DNA of 64,000 nucleotides from an uncultured Armatimonadia bacterium (GTDB lineage: Bacteria; Armatimonadota; Zipacnadia; CAVVLO01), in NCBI GenBank assembly GCA_963749155.1, contig CAVVLO010000002.1, positions 256,001-320,000 of the forward strand, in the 5' to 3' direction. Under the pieces are notes generated by a model. That model did not search any database. It saw only the letters and a program-made list of their open reading frames with translations, and was not told the origin of the DNA. Below, piece after piece: positions 23,463-33,160 of this stretch. Within the stretch, counting starts at the first letter, position 1; each line of letters starts with the position of its first letter. A program made the translations under genes and the position numbers.

Positions 23463-26233
23463 TGGCCCTCCAGAGGCGGATATTAGACCACTCCGAGGAA
23501 GCGGAACCCTCAGGCGGTTCGACATCCGCGAAGAGCAAGTGGCAGGAGTCCAGCGCGTCCATCGACTGCGCGCCACTGTCCCAGATGGGCAAGGCATACT
23601 CGCCAGCTTCAAGCGGAGAGACCGTGACACGGAAAGTCGTTCGTCCGACAGTAAGCCGCACTCGCCAGGGCTTGCCGGCTTCGACCTCGCCGCTCATACC
23701 TTTAAGTTGCCACGGTTGGTCGAGGCCTGGCTCCGACTTGCGGGTGTAGGTGGCGAAGTGGCCCCCAGTGCCGTAGAAGGACCAGCGATAGGTCAGCTTG
23801 CCTTCCTCATCGGCTGCTACTGCTATCTGGCTGTCGATGCCGAACTTGACGGGATTTACCGTGAACTCGACCAACAGCGGACGCGTATTATCCAGCTCGA
23901 AGCTTTGCCGCGTCGCGATACCGGAGTAGTTATCCCATCCGCCAGTAGCACTGGTATGAAGCTTGCCGTCTGCGACTTTCACTTCTCCCCTTACTAGCCA
24001 ACGAGATTCGTCGAGAGAGAGGAAGTCCTCGGAAAGGAGTAGCTCTCGCTTGCCCTCCGCACCCGCCTGGGCGAGCGTCCTCATATAACTCGCCAGCGAC
24101 TCTGTGTCGCGTTCCAGCGCGTCGAAGGCAAGCGGGTCGCCCTTCTGGTAGAGATAGCGAGTCTTACGATCGAGCCGTTCAAGTCGAACAAGTTGGTCGT
24201 CCCAAAGGCTGGCCAGGAAGAGGGCCCTCTCGCGTCGCACCTCGGGCGTCATCGAGGTGGCTTGCATCGTGAACTGAGCGGTGTCCAGCAGTGCCAGTTG
24301 GCGCAGCAGATGGGCTTCGATCTTCTGCTGGGCGATGCGCAGATCGACCAGGCGCTGTTCGTTGCCGACCTGCCCCTTGAGCCGGTCCAGGTCGAAGCCG
24401 AGGGCTTCGACGGCGATGCGGTCGTCCTGGGCTCTCTTGCGCAGGGCTTCGGCCTCTGGGGAGGGCGCGCCGTCCGGGCCGAAGAGCTTGGCCGCCTGAC
24501 TGGTCGCTGTGAAGAGGCTGTTGCCGATATAACCTGCCTCCTGGGTGTCGTAGATGCCCACGACATCGTGCAAGGTCTGGTTGGCCAGTTCGAGGTCGCT
24601 CTTGATGGCGTCCAGCTTGTTCCAGAGAGTCGCAAGAGAGGTCGCGCTGGCATCGGTTGGGGCATCATAATAATGTTGCACGAAAGCTTTCGTGAAGGCT
24701 GCCTGGTAAGTCGGCAGGTTGCGTTCAGGATGACTCCAGTTGCACTGGGAGTTCAGCGCGAAGCCCCACCACAGGCTGTCAAAAGCGCGCAGGCGATGCT
24801 TGGAGAAAGACGCCGTCGCCGTGCCGAGGAACTCCTGCTCTGGCCAGGCCTTGCGCGCCTTATCGGCCGCCTGCATCAACTCGGCGATGTTGCGCCCGTT
24901 GGTCTGATCCATCGGCGGCCAGATTTTTTTGGGCGTCTCCGGCGAGAGGTCAACGAAGTAGAAGGTATGGTTGTAGATGCCCGTGACGCCCATAACATCG
25001 TAGCCCCGCTGCATCAGGCCTTCAATGCCGGCATAATCCTGCCAATACTTCCAGAAGCCGATAACGGTATCCTTGGAGATGCGTTCGATTCCTACCCAGT
25101 CAGTTGCCGGACCATACATATAGAACTCATCGCCCCAGATGAGAGGCCTGACCGGCCGGTCCAGTTCGACGGCAAGTTCCTCCACTGCCTGGATGCACTT
25201 CTCGGCGTGGCCAATCAACAAATCGCGCAAGGTCTCGCCTGCATCCAGCCTGGCCTGACACTTGGGGCAATAACGCTTCTGCCACTGCATATCTATCTCG
25301 CTGCAGCCCACCCCCAGCACCGGCGCCTCGTCGAACCATTCCAGCAGGTCGCGATACAGGCCCTTGATAAAGGGATAGATCTCCGGCGTGGAGGGGCACA
25401 TCTGGCCCGGAGCTGTAGGCTCTCTGTAGGGGATACCTTCATCACACAGCCACACCAGTTCGTAAGCCTGGGCCAAAGTCTGCAGCGACGGGATGAGTGT
25501 CACATGCCATTTGTGCGCCGCCGCAACGACATCGCGAGCTTCTTCCTCGGTCAGAGTGCTCTCATCGGCGCAGGCGGGGAAGGACTTGTAAGGGAAGACG
25601 TTGTAAACTTCGAATCCTATGTAGTTGAGTTTTAACCGAGCCGTCTGCTCGATCTGTTCTAGCAGATAATCGTGACTTACGATGTGGCCGAAGCGCTCCT
25701 GCCCGCCCTCGATGTAGAAGCCCCGGTGGCGGAACTCTGGCCAGTCCACGATTGTGAGAGCCGGCAGCTTGTGCTCGCTGGCGCACACCCGGACGAGTTG
25801 GTCCAGAGTCATAGCTGCGTAAAGCAAGCCGCGCGGCGTGGCCGCCCTGGCTGCGATTCCCTCCGAGGTGATCCGTAGCGCGTAAGCCTCGCCGAAACCT
25901 TCCTCCGGCAACGCAGGCAACTGGCCAGGTTTGCCCAGTTGGAAGGTCAATTCTGCGGTGTCGGTGCGCTGGTTTACCTTTATCTCAGCAGCCAGGACAG
26001 CCTCTTCCAGCAGCTGCCGGCAGGCGGCGTTTGCGTCACCAGAGGGTAGAACCAGCGCTAGTTCGGCAGAAGCGCGTCTTCAGTGCGCCTTCCTCGAGTG
26101 TGAGTCGTTGGGGTTCAGGCAGCAGGCGCGCGGCAAGCTGATCAGCAGTCATTGCAAAGCCCTCCAGGGCAAAAACGGTAACGAGCAACGCCAGGATTAG
26201 CGCCCAGGCGCAAAGCAACTTGGAAGAGTTCAT
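23449..26233 (-). CDS. GH20-like (beta-N-acetylhexosaminidase fold) secreted protein (frameshifts near 26030-26060)
   Basis: LLPEPQ, EAYALRI, GLLYAAMTLDQL and IVDWPEFRHRGFY GH20 motifs; signal peptide from ATG at 26233. Confidence 0.75.
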
Positions 26234-26309
26234 CTGGCTCCACCTCTGGCAGCTTTCTGCTGCCGGCCGCAAGTTCGCGCAGGGTCGGTTACTTCCTGCA
26301 GCTAGCGCG

Positions 26310-27425
26310 CTACTGACCACCTTTGCTGACAAGTGTTCGCAGGCGGCACTGAGAGCTGACCGGCGCCCCAGCCAGCACATCCTCCTCAGTAAAGGTCGCC
26401 ATCAGAATTTCGCGCTCGCCCGTGCGAGAGTAATCGTAGATGATATATTGCGTGCCATCGGCAGTCTCGATGCCATCAGGATAGGAAACGCCACCTCGCT
26501 CATCCAGCACCAGCCCGCCTCGCCAGGTTCTTCCATCATCGCCGGAGAGGAAGGCAGTGAGGTGAGAGCGGTCCTTCCCGTTGGGCGGGTTATGCTTCAC
26601 CAGCAGCAGTCGGCCCGAGGCCAGCCGCCGGATGAAGAGCCTCGCGCCGCCGTTTGAGATATGCGTCACCGTGGCTGAGGGGCCCTCACCTGTCCAGGTC
26701 ACGCCGCCATCGTTTGAAAAGGCCTCACCCGCGCCATACCTCGTGCGCACGAGCATCCAGAGGCTCCCATCGCGTCGCTCAACGACCATATGCTCATCGA
26801 AGACGCTCTCCGGCACCCGCGCCCGGCCAAGCTGGTAGAAGCTCTTGCCGCCATCATCGGTCGCTACGACCCAGGCGCCGTGGCTCTCGGAGTTGTCTAC
26901 CGCAAAGTCTTGTGAGATTAACTGAGAGGGGGCGCCCTTCCACACCGCGGCCGGCAGCAGCCACCGGCCTGTCGAAAGCACCGTTGGCTTGCACATCATC
27001 ACCCCGTCGCAGAGCCGGCGCGGCTCGGACCACCTGGCGTCCGCTTTGTCGCTCTCCTCGGTTGTGATTGCCCACACGCCCGCCCTGCCGTCCCACCAGC
27101 TTGCGCCCTGCGCCCAGAACAGCCACAGCTTGCCTTCAGGGTCGTGCCAGAGGCAGGGGTCATAGGCCCGGATGTTTTCAGAGGGATTGATAATCAAAAC
27201 CGGCTCCGTCCAGGTGGCGCCGTCATCGCCGCTGGTGGCGAGGGTGACGTAATTCTCGGGGCCTTCGGTCTCCCCGCCCGCATACCAGGTCGCCCAGAGC
27301 CGCCCGTTGGGGGCGCGCTCGATTCCGGGGATACCCTGAAACGGTCTGGTTGAAGCGGCGTATTCCGGCCCTGGCTGGGCATATATTGCCGGGGGCTCAA
27401 GGGCAAGGGCGAGTGGCACTAGCAT
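26310..27425 (-). CDS. BNR/Asp-box sialidase-family protein
   Basis: FQGIPGI motif; Asp-boxes SGDDGATW, TDDGGKSF, SNDGGVTW and SGDDGRTW; VSYPD; start M at 27425 with GGAGG RBS. Confidence 0.85.
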   Translation of the reverse strand: MLVPLALALEPPAIYAQPGPEYAASTRPFQGIPGIERAPNGRLWATWYAGGETEGPENYVTLATSGDDGATWTEPVLIINPSENIRAYDPCLWHDPEGKLWLFWAQGASWWDGRAGVWAITTEESDKADARWSEPRRLCDGVMMCKPTVLSTGRWLLPAAVWKGAPSQLISQDFAVDNSESHGAWVVATDDGGKSFYQLGRARVPESVFDEHMVVERRDGSLWMLVRTRYGAGEAFSNDGGVTWTGEGPSATVTHISNGGARLFIRRLASGRLLLVKHNPPNGKDRSHLTAFLSGDDGRTWRGGLVLDERGGVSYPDGIETADGTQYIIYDYSRTGEREILMATFTEEDVLAGAPVSSQCRLRTLVSKGGQ

Positions 27426-27527
27426 CTGACAGGCCTCCGTATGAGTAGTCTGGCACGGGAGAAGGTTTCTGGCTCTGGCAGGGCGCTTCCTGCCGTTAAC
27501 AAAGCGTTGTGACGTATAATCTCCCCG

Positions 27528-28220
27528 ATGGAACAAAGTCACATTGGCACGCTAGGCGAGGGCCCGCTGCACGCGGCGCTGAAGGAGTGGTACGCCCAGC
27601 CGGGCGACCTCTGGGAGGCGCCGGTGGACGGCTATCATATCGATCTGGTGCGCGGCGAGTTGCTGATAGAGATCCAGACTGGCAACTTCTCGAGCGCCCG
27701 GCGCAAGCTGGAGAAGCTGACTCTGACCCATCCAGTGCGCCTCGTCTACCCCATCCCGCTGGAGAAGTACATCCTGAGGCTTGGGGAGGGGGGCGAGGTG
27801 CTCGGGCGCAGGCGCTCGCCCAAGCGGGGAGAACCCCTCGACGTCTTCTGGGAACTCGTCCGGCTGCCTGGATTGCTCTCTCGCGAGGGCTTCAGCCTCG
27901 AGCTGGTGCTGATTGAAGAGGAAGAAGTGCGGGTGCAGGATCCAAAACGCGGCTGGCGGCGTGGACACTGGGTCATCCACGAACGCAGGCTGCTCGAGAT
28001 CATCGACGGGCTGGAGTTCTCCTGCCCGGCTGAGCTCCTGACCCTCCTGCCCGAAGGCCTGCCGGAGCCTTTCACCACAGCGGAACTCTCCACCGCCCTC
28101 GGGAAGAGCCGGCGGTTCGCCCAGGCGATGGCCTACAGCCTCACCGCCGAAGGCGCCCTCACCCGCGTCGGGAAGAAAGGAAGGGCGTGGGAGTATGGGA
28201 GGGATGCACCTGAAGAGTAA
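27528..28220 (+). CDS. Conserved hypothetical protein, PD-(D/E)XK-like nuclease fold plus C-terminal wHTH-like region
   Basis: E..LH..LK, YHID and LIEIQT pattern; PFTTAELS...AMAYSL...GKKGRAWEY tail; TATAAT ends 7 nt before the ATG. Confidence 0.65.
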   Translation: MEQSHIGTLGEGPLHAALKEWYAQPGDLWEAPVDGYHIDLVRGELLIEIQTGNFSSARRKLEKLTLTHPVRLVYPIPLEKYILRLGEGGEVLGRRRSPKRGEPLDVFWELVRLPGLLSREGFSLELVLIEEEEVRVQDPKRGWRRGHWVIHERRLLEIIDGLEFSCPAELLTLLPEGLPEPFTTAELSTALGKSRRFAQAMAYSLTAEGALTRVGKKGRAWEYGRDAPEE

Positions 28221-28232
28221 TTGTATACGCAC

Positions 28233-28261
28233 TTTACACTTCGCAGAATTCGTGGTACATT
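28233..28261 (+). promoter_or_regulatory. sigma70 promoter with extended -10 driving a small RNA
   Basis: TTTACA(28233-28238)-17 nt-TACATT(28256-28261), with TG at the extended -10 position; no plausible + strand CDS follows. Confidence 0.65.
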
Positions 28262-28267
28262 ATCTGT

Positions 28268-28334
28268 AGCTCATCTGCCATGTGTAGAAGGAGTAGCGGT
28301 GCCGTCCTATGGGGCGTCGCCGCCTTTTCGTTTT
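28268..28334 (+). ncRNA. Putative ~65-nt two-hairpin small RNA convergent with the DUF3800 operon
   Basis: Hairpin 1 GCUC-A-UCUGC-CAUGU-GUAGA-AG-GAGU; hairpin 2 GCGGUG-C-CGUCC-UAUG-GGGCG-U-CGCCGC followed by CUUUUCGUUUU; own promoter. Confidence 0.55.
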
Positions 28335-28818
28335 AGTGTCCCCAGAAGGCACTGTGTTCTTTCGCCAGCTTCTCCCTTCTGTGCCCCCTTTCAACGCAGT
28401 AGGCTGTCACCAGCAAATAACACCGCCCGCTCATGGCGAGCACAACCACATAGCTGAAGTCACTCAGGGCGACCAGCACACGTTCTCGACCCTTCCGCTT
28501 CACCTTCCACCACACGACACGGTCTGATGCAGTTTCTCTAAGTACTGGCACGAGCCAGGCTATCCGCTCGCAACGACGCAGGTCTGGGATACGCGAGTTC
28601 TCCGTGCCCTCTGACGTGACGTGCCAGAAACTGCGCAGGCGTCCGTCCTCTTCGGTCGGATCTACAGTGACCACTCGACCAAGACATAGTGGGGCTGGGG
28701 GCAAGAAGGCTTCGACGAACACTCTATACACGGCTTCGATGTATGTGTCCCATACACCACCATACTCCTGGAACGTGATCAGGTCGGGCAGCCAAGAGAC
28801 ATCGCAGGAGTGCTGCAC
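28333..28818 (-). CDS. Small hypothetical protein, possible RelE/BECR-fold ribonuclease
   Basis: 161 aa; FWHVTSEG, RIPDLRRCERIAW and YVVVL...LLVTAY; GTG start 2 nt after the DUF3800 stop. Confidence 0.65.
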   Translation of the reverse strand: MQHSCDVSWLPDLITFQEYGGVWDTYIEAVYRVFVEAFLPPAPLCLGRVVTVDPTEEDGRLRSFWHVTSEGTENSRIPDLRRCERIAWLVPVLRETASDRVVWWKVKRKGRERVLVALSDFSYVVVLAMSGRCYLLVTAYCVERGHRREKLAKEHSAFWGH

Positions 28819-28820
28819 AG

Positions 28821-29526
28821 CTACTTGGCCTCCCAGACGAATATGTTCACCTTAGTTGCGCTCAGGGGCGTGCTACTGCAGAGCTCCCACCCAAGAGCAT
28901 CACTAAGGCTGCGGGCTAGTCCTGTCTTCGTCGCACTGGTGTGCAGGTGTCGGTTGGCATAACTGATGATCCCCGTAAGCAGGTCTGTTAGCTGTATCAG
29001 CTCCGATTCATGCGAGCGCACCATCTGCAGGCAACGCACGATGGTGCTGGTGCTCCGATGCTCGCCAAGGCTGGCTGACAGTATCTCTCGAAGCTTGGCA
29101 GCTTTACCGCTGCTACGCGTATCTTTCACATCAAGATACACGCTGTAGTGGTCCGAGGGATTCATAAAGAATCTGAGCACCTCGAAGTACATCTTGTAAT
29201 AGAAAGTGTCATGGTCTTGGTCGAAGTCCTGGTGTCTCAGTAACTTCTTATCTGGCACGACGAACCGCGCGGAAACGCAGGTCGGCACTGGAGAGGAAGT
29301 AGTCGAGGACGGCGTGGTACAGATCCTGGCGACCAGGCGAAACCTTCGTCCACTTGAGCTCCAGGTGCGGATCAAGGCCGTATTCGGTCTTGAGCTGGCG
29401 GAGGGCTCGCGAGTGCTTTTGAATAGCCGACTTGGGGCAACATAAACCCCCAAGCGTCATCGCGCGCTGTCCATCGTGCTCAAGGTGACAGCTCTCGTCA
29501 CAATATATGTTGTACTCAGTGGGCAT
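28821..29526 (-). CDS. DUF3800 domain protein (RNase H-like fold predicted); one frameshift near 29263
   Basis: N-terminal YNIYCDESCHLEHD, central VYLDVKDT and C-terminal SELIQLTDLL; ORFs 29248..29526 and 28821..29453 join at LRFRA/VVPDK. Confidence 0.8.
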
Positions 29527-29558
29527 CGCTGGGCTCCCCGGAAGTTGCTTCAGTTATT

Positions 29559-29567
29559 AGTATACCA
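29559..29567 (-). promoter_or_regulatory. Extended -10 promoter of the DUF3800 operon
   Basis: TGGTATACT on the - strand about 33 nt upstream of the ATG; GGGGAG RBS. Confidence 0.45.
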
Positions 29568-29670
29568 ACCTGCACCTACACTGGTCATCGTCTCAAGTAG
29601 TGGATTTGCAACAGCCAAATGTAAAGCCTTTCTACCGCGTTTGGCGCGCGCCCCTGCGAGTGCCAGATAC

Positions 29671-31054
29671 TCAGAACACCCCCACCTCCTCTAGCGCTGG
29701 ACAGACGGGCCCGGAGAGGCGGAGGCGCAGGCGGGGAGTGGTGACGGGCTTCTCTAGACGTATCAGTCGCTGGGAGCCGAGGCTCTGGCCTTCCGCAAGC
29801 TGCCGCCAGGAGCCCCCTTCCCAGGCATCGAGGGCGAACTGCTTCCACCCGCTGGCCGAGGGGCAGATGCTCCCGCAGGCGGATTACGCGCGCTTCCACC
29901 GGCCGCTCGAAGTCCAGCACCAACTCGGCCGAGGTCACCCCATCATCAGTGCTCCAGTAAGTCTCCGATGAGCCGTCCAGCACCTTCTCCGCCGCGAAAT
30001 CGTCTGAGCCTCCGCGCGTGTTGCTCGCTGTCAGTTTCGCCCCCTGGGCCAGGTCGGTTGCGAAAGTCTCGTCCAGCGCCTTACGCCAGCCGCGCAGGCT
30101 TTGGGCATCGGCCTCGTGGATGAGCCCGCGCCTGTCGGGGGGCAGGTTGAGCAGCAGGTTGCAGCCGCGCCCCACCGAGGCGTAGTAGATGTCCAGAAGC
30201 TGCTCGGGTGTCTTCACTCGGGCGTCTTCGGAGGCGTGGTAGAACCAGCCGGGCCGGATGGAGACGTCCACTTCCGCCGGAAGCCAGTCGGTGCCCGGGC
30301 GGTCGCCATGCTGCAGGCGCGAGAGGTCGGCGTGGCCGGGGTAGAAGTCGGCGGGATTGAGCGTCGCCCAGCACGGGTCGCCTGCCCAGCCCTCCTCATT
30401 GCCCACCCAGCGGATGTCTGGCCCGCCATCGCCGAACATACAGGCATCAGGCTGCAGCCTGCGGACAAGCTGCCGCACCTGGTCCCACTCGTAGTAGGTG
30501 CTGGCATCTATCTGACGCTGCTCGCGGGCGCCGCCGTAATAGCCATCTCCGCCGTTGGCGCCATCGAACCAGACCTCGAAGAGGGGTCCATAGTCGGAGC
30601 AGAGTTCTTCGAGCTGGCTCAGATAGTACGCGACGTAATATTGCGAAGCGTAATATTTGTGGTTGCGGTCCCAGGGCGAGAGATAGACGCCGAAGCGGAG
30701 CCCCGCGCGGGCGCAGGCCTCGGACACCTCGCGGACGACATCGCCCTTGCCGCCGCGGAAGGGACTGGCCTTCACGGAGTGGTCAGTATAGCGACTCGGC
30801 CAGAGGCAGAAGCCATCGTGATGCTTGGCGGTGAGGATAAGCCCCTTCAGCCCTGCGTCCCTCGCCGTCTCGGCGATCTGGTCGGCATCGAAGGCGGTCG
30901 GGTTGAAGACTTCGGGCGACTCGTCGCCATAGCCCCATTCCTTGTCGGTGAAGGTATTGGTGGTGAAGTGGACGAAGGCAGTGGTCTCGAGTCGGTGCCA
31001 GGCGAGTTGGCGGGCAGAGGGCGTGGGACCATAAGGCAGGGGCGGGTTGGACAT
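29671..31054 (-). CDS. GH29 alpha-L-fucosidase with C-terminal F5/8 (CBM32-like) domain (frameshift near 29835)
   Basis: PSARQLAW, LILTAKHHDGFCLWPS, YLSPWD, EVWFDGA and VSIRPGWFYH motifs; start MSNPP at 31054. Confidence 0.92.
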
Positions 31055-31089
31055 TGGCGGGCCTCCTCTGGCTGAGTTACTGGCCCAAT

Positions 31090-31144
31090 ATGCGCCTTCA
31101 GGAGGGGGCTTCCTGCTGAAGGAGAGCAGTGGTATTACGTCGAA
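31090..31144. promoter_or_regulatory. Divergent sigmaH-like promoters
   Basis: + strand GAAGGA(31118)-N15-GTCGAA; - strand GCAGGA(31116)-N15-GCGCAT. Confidence 0.45.
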
Positions 31145-31183
31145 ACGGCTCTTAATACTGTCCTGAAGGAGCTGAACCAGGCG

Positions 31184-32951
31184 ATGGGAGATGTTCGAGA
31201 TATTCGCCAGGGGTTGCAGATACCAACGGTAGAGGGCGGATATGCCGATCAGCCCTTCATCGTGGTGAATGACGATGGGAGTTGGCTGTGTGTTGTCACG
31301 ACAGGGCCAGGAGAAGAAGGCGCGCCCGGCCAGCATGTGGCAGCGCTCCTCAGTGAAGACCTCGGCCAGAGCTGGAGCAAGCCGGTGGCGCTCGAAGACC
31401 CGACAGGGCCGGAATCCTCCTATGCGGCGCCGCTTAAGACGCCCTCTGGGCGCGTGTATGTCTTCTACAACTACAATCGGGACAATCTGCGCGAGGTGAT
31501 TGCCGACCCTCCCTATAACGTGACGCGGCGGGTGGATACGCAAGGGGCGTATGTCTACAGATATTCAGATGATGGGGGCAGGACCTGGTCGAAGGAGCGG
31601 TATGAGATACCAGTAAGGGCCTTCGAGCTGGACCTCGCGAATCCATATGGGGGCGAGGTGCGGTTCTTCTGGAGCACGGCGATGCCCTTTATATACGAAG
31701 GAGTCGTTTATCAGTGGCTGTATAAGGTGGGGCGCTTCGGGGCGGGGTTCCTCGTGCAGACTGAAGGGGCGCTGCTGGCGAGTGACAACCTGCTGAGCGA
31801 ACCTGATCCGGCAAAGCACAGGTGGCAGACTCTGCCGGAGGGCGATATCGGGGTGCGGATACCCGGCCAGTTAGTGAATGAGGAGCACAGCACGGTGGTG
31901 CTGTCGGACGGGACCTTCTACACAGTCTTCCGCACGACTCACGGCCTGGCGGCGAACGCCATCAGCCGCGACCGGGGACGTACCTGGCAGGTGGACTGGC
32001 TGCGGTACGGGCCAGGGCAGCGGGTAGTGAAACACCCCAGGGCAGCCAACTTCATCTGGAAGTGCGGCAACGGGAAATATGTGTACTGGTTCCACAACCA
32101 TGGGGGCGCAGGCGCCTTCGAGGGGCAACCGGACTATCGCGCCGTATGAGGGGCGCAATCCGGCCTGGGCCTGTGGCGGGGTGGAGCGAGACGGGACAAT
32201 CCAGTGGTCCGAGCCCGAGGTGCTGATTTATGACCTGGATATCGGGGTGCGGATGAGCTATCCCTGCTGCTTTGGGGCGGCGGGAAAACAATTCATCACC
32301 GAGACGCAGAAGACCATCGCGCGGGTGCACGAGATCGACCCCGGCCTGCTGGAGGGCATGTGGGAAAGCGCAGCCGGGCGGGGGAAGGCGCCGGCATCTA
32401 GCGCAGAGGCGCCAGCGGGAGGGGCAAGGCTGGATATCCCAGAACTGGCCAATCTGACTGGCGGGGGCGGTTTCAGCCTTGAGCTGTGGCTGGATCCCGA
32501 AAAACTGGCGCCCTGGCAAAGGCTTGTGGACTGCCGTGATGAGGCAGGGCAAGGATTGTTTGTACAGCTCACCGACAGGGGCAGCCTGAGGTTGCAGCTG
32601 CTGGGAAGAGTAAGCGCCCCACCAGGCGGGATCAGGTCGGGTGGCCTCGCCGAAGTGGCCTGGGAATCCGACCCCGGCCTGTTAACTTTGGGCCAGGTGC
32701 ATCAAGTCGTGTTCACAGTTGATGGCGGGCCGAAGCTTATAGCAGTGTGCGTCGATGGCAAGTTGAACGATGGTGGGGCGAGTCGCCAGTTTGGCTGGGG
32801 ACGATTTTTGCCGCAGCTTGCCGATATAGCAGGCAGGCCAGCAGCCTGGCTGCATGAAACGCTGCTTGGAGTGGCTTTATATACTTGGCCCTTACGTTCC
32901 TTTGAAGTGGTGGCAGCCTATCGCGCAAACTTTTTGAAGAAACAAAGGTAG
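31184..32951 (+). CDS. BNR/sialidase-like protein with C-terminal LamG-like domain (frameshift near 32130)
   Basis: Asp-boxes SEDLGQSW, SDDGGRTW and SRDRGRTW; MSYP; FSLELWL...HQVVFTVDG...VDGKL. Confidence 0.75.
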
Positions 32952-32977
32952 ACAAGCAGCGGATTGTCCTTTATAGT
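32949..32977 (+). promoter_or_regulatory. sigma70 promoter of the ABC operon
   Basis: TAGACA-17 nt-TATAGT. Confidence 0.55.
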
Positions 32978-33160
32978 GCTGTAATCACGGTGAAGGGGGG
33001 AGCACTAGCCCGAGGCAACGGGGAGCCAAAGGCAGAAGTCTTCACCGGGAATCAAAATGAAGGAGCCGGAGCCTGCCGCGGGAAGCAGCTCCAGCCTTCC
33101 TGTATTCCTCTTGGCGGGCTTTGGGCTCGGATTACACGAGCTCGAGTGGGAGGAACAAGA

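Noticed and set aside
24193..25635. Long antisense ORFs (this 480-aa one, 15240..16496, 1721..2776, 5367..6605 and similar)
   Set aside because: Shadow ORFs opposite well-supported genes, as expected in GC-rich DNA; no motifs or RBS
28266..28300. tRNA fragment (TAGCTCA...GTAGA resembles a D-arm) marking an integration site
   Set aside because: No anticodon arm, T-arm GTTCRA or acceptor stem; no integrase nearby
31055..31543. 163-aa N-terminal extension of the fucosidase given by the ORF track
   Set aside because: Overlaps the divergent BNR gene; the GH29 sequence and a GAGG RBS support the start at 31054
32978..33160. T-box or SAM-I riboswitch
   Set aside because: No GGTGGNACC T-box sequence and no SAM-I core recognisable; kept only as an unspecified leader
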